From contig JBDLRP010000046.1 of assembly GCA_039799905.1 (NCBI GenBank), positions 39,756-103,755 on the forward strand: a DNA stretch of 64,000 bases, written 5' to 3'. The notes under the pieces are model-generated. The model did not search any database. It was not told the origin of the DNA and saw only the letters and a list, made by a program, of their open reading frames with translations. Shown here piece by piece: positions 57,959-64,000 of this stretch (positions are counted from its first letter, which is position 1; the number at the start of each line of letters is the position of its first letter). Origin of the DNA: Pseudomonadota bacterium. Lineage in GTDB: Bacteria; Bdellovibrionota_B; Oligoflexia; Silvanigrellales; Silvanigrellaceae. Both the position numbers and the translations under genes were made by a program.

Positions 57959-58483
57959 TCACTGATCAGTATTGACGCCCAGAACACGCACGTTACCAAT
58001 CGGTTCAGTGCTGAAACTGTCCACTGCCAGAAGTCTTTGCACCCATCCTTCAGCGAAGCCATATTTCTCGAGTAGAAAATCAGCTGAATCTGACGCCGGG
58101 GGAACAACACTTGGAGAAAATTCAATACGGCAATTGCTTGTCAGCCAAGGAATGGAGCAGCGAACTGTTCCGGCGGGCCCTTTCAGGACACGCTCTTTTC
58201 CATCGTTTTCGATTTCATTGAACGAAACTTTGGTTTTGAGTCCCGCGCTGAGATCTTCAGGCATTTCAAACGACAACACCGCTTGACCCGATTCTCCGGT
58301 GGTCACTCTGTAGGAATCAATTTTATGAGTGGAAAAAGGCTTGAGATCATCTTCCTGAACAGGAATCGTATACTCGGCGGTGAAAATCTTTGCCGGATCG
58401 GCGGCGGCGCTAAACACAGTTTGCGCGGCAACAACTGCCATTACAGAAGTTTTCCAAGCGGAATGAGCGAAAAACTTGAACAT
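57959..58483 (-). CDS. hypothetical secreted protein
   Basis: GAGG RBS before ATG 58483, signal ending SAAA|D. No family recognised. Confidence 0.6.
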   Translation of the reverse strand: MFKFFAHSAWKTSVMAVVAAQTVFSAAADPAKIFTAEYTIPVQEDDLKPFSTHKIDSYRVTTGESGQAVLSFEMPEDLSAGLKTKVSFNEIENDGKERVLKGPAGTVRCSIPWLTSNCRIEFSPSVVPPASDSADFLLEKYGFAEGWVQRLLAVDSFSTEPIGNVRVLGVNTDQ

Positions 58484-58679
58484 GCGTAGGGATCCTCCAT
58501 CAACTGCCGAGTGACCTAGGCGAATTTCCCCGTTTAAGCCAAGTAAAAAGACACACAACTTCAAATGTCCGTCCAACGAGTAACCCGACGGGACAATGGC
58601 CGTTTCACTCTAAAACTTGGCAAACTGCTGAATTTCTGGTGAGAATCATCCCTCCGGCAGGCCAAGGAGGGCACACAGA

Positions 58680-60023
58680 GTGGCTAAAAACCAAGACGAG
58701 TCTCTACAGGATAGGATCCTCGTCAGCCGTTTGCTGACGCGATGTGGCGATCAGGCTTGGGATTTTGCCGTTCCCGTCACCCTGATTGTGCTCTTGCCCT
58801 CACAATTGCCGCTGGTGGCCTTTCTTTATTTGATTGCCAAACTCGGCGCGTTCATTTTCCAGCCTTGGTTGGCAGGCGTCATCGATCAGTGGAAGCGATT
58901 GAACACAGCGGCTCTGGCCACCACCCTACAACTTACAAGCGTGCTGTGTGTGGCATTTTGTATTTTTCAGCTCGCCGAAAAAACGGATTCCTCGGCACCG
59001 CTTTGGACTCAGCCGACGTTGTGGCCGCTTCTGGCAGGGATCTCTATTGGGAGCATCGCATCGACACTGGGAGCCGGACTGATGGACATTTCAGTCGGCA
59101 GCGATTGGATTCCGACAGCCGTGCCCGCACATCAGCTCAGCCGATTCAACAGCCGCTTGCAGAGGCTCGACCTGCTCACAGAGGTTCTGGCTCCCGTCAT
59201 TGCAGGTGCCATTCTGGCTATCGGCAATGACGGTAATCGCCTGACCGGCTTTGCCGTCATCGTTGTGTGGAATGCGGTTTCATTTGTTCCCGAACTGCTG
59301 ATTCTGAGAAACGTTTTTTTATCCTCAAAGCGGTTGCAGCTTTTGAAAACTGAAAGCTCAACTGCCGCGCGGTCGGGTCTGCTTTCACAAATAACCGCGG
59401 GTTGGTCCGAATTTGCAAGGCAACCTGCAGCACCGGCAATGATGGCATACGCGTTTTTATGGTTGTCGGCCCTGAGTCCGCACGGTGTTTTGCTGACAGG
59501 ATTTTTAAAGGGCGGCTGGAACCTCTCCGAAACGACGCTCGGTGTGTTTCGTGGACTCGGAGCTATTTTTGGCTTGCTTGCAACAGTCATCTTTCCGCGC
59601 GTGCGAAGGCAGTTCGGACTCATTACCGCGACACGTTTTTTTATCGTGTTTCAGGCCCTCATCATTCTACTCTCGTTGCCATTTTTCTACACAGAAGCGC
59701 TGGGCGGCTGGCTTTTTTTGTTGATGATTCTGCTCTCGCGGATAGGACTCTATGGTTTCAGTCTGGGCGAAACGGAAATCCGTCAAACGAGTCTTCCCGA
59801 GGGTGTGCGTGGAAAAGTGAACGGTGTTGCAAACGCGCTCACAAGTCTTGCCACTCTTCTCCTCTTTGCATCGGGAAGCGCACTGGCGGGCGTCAATCAA
59901 TTCGCATTTATGGTCATAATTTCGGCCGGCGCTGTTATGACGGGTGCGCTCATCTTCGTCCGCTGGTCACTTCGGCCTGAGCGAATCGCCGTAGCTGATA
60001 CCTCAACAAAAGAAACCAATTAG
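58680..60023 (+). CDS. ferroportin (SLC40/FPN1)-like MFS metal exporter
   Basis: LLTRCGDQAWDFAVP, DWIP, RFNSRLQRLDLLTEVLAP, WLSALSPHG, FRGLGA.FG, SRIGLYGF.LGE.EIRQ...RGKVN. These resemble motifs of the Bdellovibrio ferroportin homolog BbFPN. Confidence 0.85.
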   Translation: MAKNQDESLQDRILVSRLLTRCGDQAWDFAVPVTLIVLLPSQLPLVAFLYLIAKLGAFIFQPWLAGVIDQWKRLNTAALATTLQLTSVLCVAFCIFQLAEKTDSSAPLWTQPTLWPLLAGISIGSIASTLGAGLMDISVGSDWIPTAVPAHQLSRFNSRLQRLDLLTEVLAPVIAGAILAIGNDGNRLTGFAVIVVWNAVSFVPELLILRNVFLSSKRLQLLKTESSTAARSGLLSQITAGWSEFARQPAAPAMMAYAFLWLSALSPHGVLLTGFLKGGWNLSETTLGVFRGLGAIFGLLATVIFPRVRRQFGLITATRFFIVFQALIILLSLPFFYTEALGGWLFLLMILLSRIGLYGFSLGETEIRQTSLPEGVRGKVNGVANALTSLATLLLFASGSALAGVNQFAFMVIISAGAVMTGALIFVRWSLRPERIAVADTSTKETN

Positions 60024-61930
60024 ATTTCGATTTGAACACCGACTTCCATGACCTGTTTTGCAGGAAGATTATAGTAGGTCACCGGCGAAAGGGCGTTGCG
60101 GCCCATGAAGGCAAAAAGCTTTTCGCGCCAAAGCGCCATTCCCGCCTTGCGGGTTGCGAGAACAATTTCGCGTCCGAGGAAAAAGGTGGTTGCATCTGGC
60201 TCAATGTTCAAACCCTTCTCGTTTGCAAGTTCGAGCACACCTGCGAAATCGGCATCGTCCATGAAACCCACCGAGACTCGGATGCGCAGCAGACCGTGCG
60301 TCAGTTCCTCAACCTCGAGTCTCTTGGCACGCGAAACATGCGGCACGTCTTTGGTGATGAAGGTGATGAGAAAAACGCGGCGATGAACCACCTTGTTGTG
60401 TTTGAGATTGTGACTGAGCGCCAGTGGCACAGTGTCAGGTCGGCCCGACATGTAGATGGCTGTGCCTTCGACGCGTCCGTACTGTGGGTTCACAAATTCA
60501 TCGACCAGCTGCGTAAATGGAATGGAGTGTTCGGCGAGCCCTGCGGCCAGCAACTGACGTCCGTGAATCCAGGTAATCATCAGCAGGTAAATCCCGCAGG
60601 CAATGACAAGGGGAATCCAGCCACCGTTGAGGATTTTGAGCGAATTTGAGCCGAAAAAAGCAATGTCGATGAGAATGAGAGGGCCAATCACCAACAGCGC
60701 AAAAGGCAATGACCACTTCCAGACGGAGCGGGCAACGATAAAGGCCAGAACTGTAGTCACCAGCATCGTCAACGAAACCGCAATTCCATAAGCTGCCGCG
60801 ATCGCTGAAGACCGCTGAAACTCAATCACGAGCCAAATCGACCCAATGCACAGAGCCCAATTTACGAACGGCACATAAATTTGGCCGATTTGTTTGTCGG
60901 ACGTGTGCACAACCTTCATACGCGGGAAGTAACCAAGCTGAATGGCTTGTTTGGTGAGAGAAAAAACACCGGAGATAAGAGCCTGCGATGCAATCACCGT
61001 TGCCATGGTGGCAAGCGCGACGGTCGGATACAAAGCCCACGAAGGAACAAGCTTATAAAATGGATTCTCGACAGCAGTCGGATCCTGCAGGATAAGAGCT
61101 CCCTGTCCAAAGTAATTCAACAGCAGGCAGGGCATCACCAACGTGAACCAGCCGATACGGATGGGAAACTTTCCGAAATGCCCCATGTCTGCATATAGGG
61201 CTTCACCACCAGTCACAGTCAGAAAAATTGTTCCGAGGATGACGTATCCGCGCAGGCCGTTCTCGGCAAAAAATTGCAGCGCGTACATCGGGTTCATCGC
61301 TGCAAGCACAGAAGGATTGTCGACAATCTTGTTGATGCCGAGAATTCCGAGAGTGACAAACCAAATCGTTGTGATGGGCCCAAAAATGGCACCAATTCTG
61401 TCGGTGCCAAACTTCTGCACCGAAAATATTCCAAACAAGATGAATATTGTGATGAGTGCCACGTAGGGCTCAAACATCGGAGTTGCTTCTTTAAGACCTT
61501 CGAGCGCCGAGAGGACCGAAATGGCGGGAGTGATGATTCCGTCACCATAAAGAAGAGTGGACCCGAAAATACCGAGAAGCAGAATCAAGTAAGACATCCG
61601 CTGCGCGCTGATTCCGCCATTTTTTCTGGCAAGAGTCTCGAGGGCCAAGATTCCGCCCTCACCCTTATTATCTGCACGCAAAATCAACACCACATACTTC
61701 AAGCTGATGATGAGCGTCAGTGACCAGAAAATCAGCGAAAGCGCACCAAGTATGTTCACTTGATTTGCCTGAAAAGCGTGTTCACCGTGAAAGGACTCAC
61801 GGATGGCGTACAAAGGAGATGTTCCAATGTCACCAAAAACAACACCAACTGCGCCGATGATCAAAGCATGAAGCTTGGATTTGGAGGAATGACCAGAGTC
61901 TACCGAGTCACTGTCACTAGTTGCTGACAA
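60020..61930 (-). CDS. kup: KUP/HAK/KT potassium transporter
   Basis: GVVFGDIGTSPLYA, ADNKGEGG, GDGIITPAISVLSA, TGGEALYADMGHFG, GQIYVP. Stop overlaps the ferroportin stop (convergent genes). Confidence 0.96.
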   Translation of the reverse strand: MSATSDSDSVDSGHSSKSKLHALIIGAVGVVFGDIGTSPLYAIRESFHGEHAFQANQVNILGALSLIFWSLTLIISLKYVVLILRADNKGEGGILALETLARKNGGISAQRMSYLILLLGIFGSTLLYGDGIITPAISVLSALEGLKEATPMFEPYVALITIFILFGIFSVQKFGTDRIGAIFGPITTIWFVTLGILGINKIVDNPSVLAAMNPMYALQFFAENGLRGYVILGTIFLTVTGGEALYADMGHFGKFPIRIGWFTLVMPCLLLNYFGQGALILQDPTAVENPFYKLVPSWALYPTVALATMATVIASQALISGVFSLTKQAIQLGYFPRMKVVHTSDKQIGQIYVPFVNWALCIGSIWLVIEFQRSSAIAAAYGIAVSLTMLVTTVLAFIVARSVWKWSLPFALLVIGPLILIDIAFFGSNSLKILNGGWIPLVIACGIYLLMITWIHGRQLLAAGLAEHSIPFTQLVDEFVNPQYGRVEGTAIYMSGRPDTVPLALSHNLKHNKVVHRRVFLITFITKDVPHVSRAKRLEVEELTHGLLRIRVSVGFMDDADFAGVLELANEKGLNIEPDATTFFLGREIVLATRKAGMALWREKLFAFMGRNALSPVTYYNLPAKQVMEVGVQIEI

Positions 61931-62066
61931 GCAAAACCCCTATTGAAGACTAAAATGACGCTCAAAAGAGCATCTTTCTTATTATCAGAAATCCATGTGT
62001 GTGAATAGCAGCGTTGCAAGTCAAATGTTTGGTTCAACTAAACTCAGCAGTTGAGCTCAATCAGAC

Positions 62067-63968
62067 TCATGCTCGGGCCCAGTCGACAATCAAGAACGTC
62101 GCATCATCACGCTCACCCTGATTTCTCCACAAATTCTCAAGCGCATGATGAATTGCCTGACTGGCGAGTTCGGGTTTTTGCGAACGTGAATTTTGTAACA
62201 GCGACTTCAATTTACGCTGTGTGAGGTTCTTGCCGTCGGGGCCGGTGTTTTCCATCAGACCATCTGTATAGACAAAGAGACGTCCATTCTCACCGAGTTC
62301 CATTTCGATGCTTTGGCAATCAAATGCAACACCTGAACCCAGACGCCGGCCTGACGAAGGAACAAATTCAAAGACTGAATTGCGCTCGACGACGAAAGGT
62401 GGATGGGCACAATTGACAAACCACAGGCGGCCGGTGCGCCGCTCAAGCGCAACAAACAAACCAGTCGCGAGTAAACCTGACTTGTGTGACGACTTATATA
62501 AAGTTGTATTGACCCGCTCGGCGAGGTGCCGCAACCGTTCCGACGGATTGGACTCGAAAGTTTTATCTTCAAGTTGCCCAAGAACAACACCACTGACCAC
62601 ACTCGCCAGCATTGCAGAAGTCAGACCATGACCGGTGACATCGAGAATCACGACGTACAAAACGTCGTTTTTCTCATCCAGATATGAAGTAAACCAGTCA
62701 CCACCATTGCGTTGTGCAGGGCGGTAGTATGGGTGCGTTTCGTATCCCTGACTCAGCAACGGCGCGGGAAGGAGGATTCGCTGAAAGACGTCTGCGGTCT
62801 CCAGCTCAAATTCAAGCTTGCGGCGAATGGATTCCTCCTCGCGCGATTTCTTTTCCAGCTGTTTGATGCGATCGGCGAGCGCGATTGCCATGATCAAGCC
62901 TTCCAAGGCAAGGACGCTGACCAGATAATAAACTGGACTTGTTTCATTTGTTGAGCCAAGCAAACGCGAAACAATGAAGATACCCGCGGCGACTGGAATC
63001 GGTGCGAAACTGAAACAAAGGATAATCGAGTTTCTCGAGCGGGATTTGGCTGCAACGTAGAGAACCCCGCCCAAAAGACCCAAACAGGATACTGCAAGCC
63101 CCGGGAGAAGCTTGCCATGCGGAGTAGACATCAGCATTGAAATTCCGAAGGGAACACACGCAAGTGAAGTTAAAAAATACAGCCATCTTCCCCACCGCGG
63201 AACATACTCGCTGAAGCGGGCGAAGTGATACAGAAACAAGCACAGACTGGAATAACCGATGAGGATGCCGATGCCGTTCAGAAGGAAATAATTGGCTCCC
63301 AACGGTGACACCCAATTCCACATGAACACGAGGCCGGGAAGATGAGTGAGATGAAGAAAGATCTCACAACTGACATAATAGAGGTAAAACGGGTCGCGGG
63401 TTTGTATGTAAAGATAGGAATTGTAAATTATCAGACTCAAAATAAGTCCGACAAAGATGAGCCATGGTATGAACGTCTGCGTCCTTTTTTGAATCAGTTC
63501 CTGAGGGGGGTTGAGAGAAACATCGACTGCGGTGTCGTAGCCGATGCGTGGGCTGTAAATTTTTACAAAGAAAGTCTGTTCACGCTTTTCTTCAAGAAGT
63601 AGATGAAAATCTCCCCACCACGCACCCGACTTATATATTCTTTTTTGTTCGAGATTCTCGAGTACTCCATTCACTCGTTCAAACATATTAAACTGCAGAC
63701 TGGGATTCACCGGAAAAACGGCAAAACGATCGCCCTGACTGCTGCGTGCGTTGAATTTAAGCCAATACCAGCCCTGTTGTTTGAGTTTTGCCTGACCACT
63801 GACATCATTCCACACAGAATCCTGATCAGCAGGCGGAAGATCGGATTCCTGATTGCCCGTGTAGGCAATCTGCCCGCTCAGAGGGAGTACCTTGTCCCGA
63901 CCATCAAACACATTCGCCCAACCTGGCTGGCTGAACGCAAGTACGATCAGGAGAACTAAGAGTCTCAT
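62067..63968 (-). CDS. 7TM-DISM sensor fused to a SpoIIE/PP2C phosphatase
   Basis: Signal and extracellular domain (GWYWLKF), seven TMs (IIYNSYLY..TRD.FYLYY ... AIALADRI), then GGDWF, DVTGHG, NCAHP, YTDGL.E, RDDAT. Confidence 0.88.
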   Translation of the reverse strand: MRLLVLLIVLAFSQPGWANVFDGRDKVLPLSGQIAYTGNQESDLPPADQDSVWNDVSGQAKLKQQGWYWLKFNARSSQGDRFAVFPVNPSLQFNMFERVNGVLENLEQKRIYKSGAWWGDFHLLLEEKREQTFFVKIYSPRIGYDTAVDVSLNPPQELIQKRTQTFIPWLIFVGLILSLIIYNSYLYIQTRDPFYLYYVSCEIFLHLTHLPGLVFMWNWVSPLGANYFLLNGIGILIGYSSLCLFLYHFARFSEYVPRWGRWLYFLTSLACVPFGISMLMSTPHGKLLPGLAVSCLGLLGGVLYVAAKSRSRNSIILCFSFAPIPVAAGIFIVSRLLGSTNETSPVYYLVSVLALEGLIMAIALADRIKQLEKKSREEESIRRKLEFELETADVFQRILLPAPLLSQGYETHPYYRPAQRNGGDWFTSYLDEKNDVLYVVILDVTGHGLTSAMLASVVSGVVLGQLEDKTFESNPSERLRHLAERVNTTLYKSSHKSGLLATGLFVALERRTGRLWFVNCAHPPFVVERNSVFEFVPSSGRRLGSGVAFDCQSIEMELGENGRLFVYTDGLMENTGPDGKNLTQRKLKSLLQNSRSQKPELASQAIHHALENLWRNQGERDDATFLIVDWARA

Positions 63969-64000
63969 GTTGTTTGCTCCCGGGCTGATTTTTTTGTCGT

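Noticed and set aside
61931..62066. c-di-AMP (ydaO) riboswitch upstream of kup
   Set aside because: The intergenic region is short and shows none of the conserved ydaO elements.

Overview
Gene-dense bacterial window. The gene content (ferroportin homolog, 7TM-DISM-PP2C, vWA lipoproteins, many orphan secreted proteins) suggests a Bdellovibrionota/Oligoflexia-like diderm; this is inference only. I recognised no rRNA, tRNA, CRISPR array or transposase. Layout: (1) 1-16.4 kb, a visibly AT-richer osmotic/ion-stress block with a DASS transporter, DUF389, MscS, a P-type ATPase, a DUF4301-like protein, GH15-otsB-otsA and two paralogous NhaR-like LysRs. (2) 16.7-22 kb, DoxX, SRPBCC, BASS and FadD. (3) 22.5-28.6 kb, an atypical bufferin-like RiPP/metal-stress locus. 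It has a lipoprotein six-Cys precursor, an anti-sigma and an ECF sigma, and divergently an 813-aa MNIO(DUF692)-DUF2063-putative beta-barrel fusion, a cytochrome c lipoprotein, HupE/UreJ and DUF6488. Matching TGTAAC-N16-CGWA promoters face the precursor and the enzyme. (4) 28.6-36.3 kb, redox and RNA-helicase genes. (5) 36.4-49.2 kb, the strongest candidate for an undescribed system: a 12-gene, tightly coupled operon of envelope proteins. It is built around a flagellar-type MotA/MotB stator and a single protein that looks like a FliF-ring/FliG-rotor fusion, with no flagellar export, rod, hook or filament genes in the window. (6) 50-64 kb, an Fe3+ ABC importer with a Fur-like box, a Rieske-flavoprotein fusion, a photolyase-family protein, a vWA lipoprotein, ferroportin, Kup and a PP2C sensor. 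All family calls come from motif recognition by eye, not from database searches.
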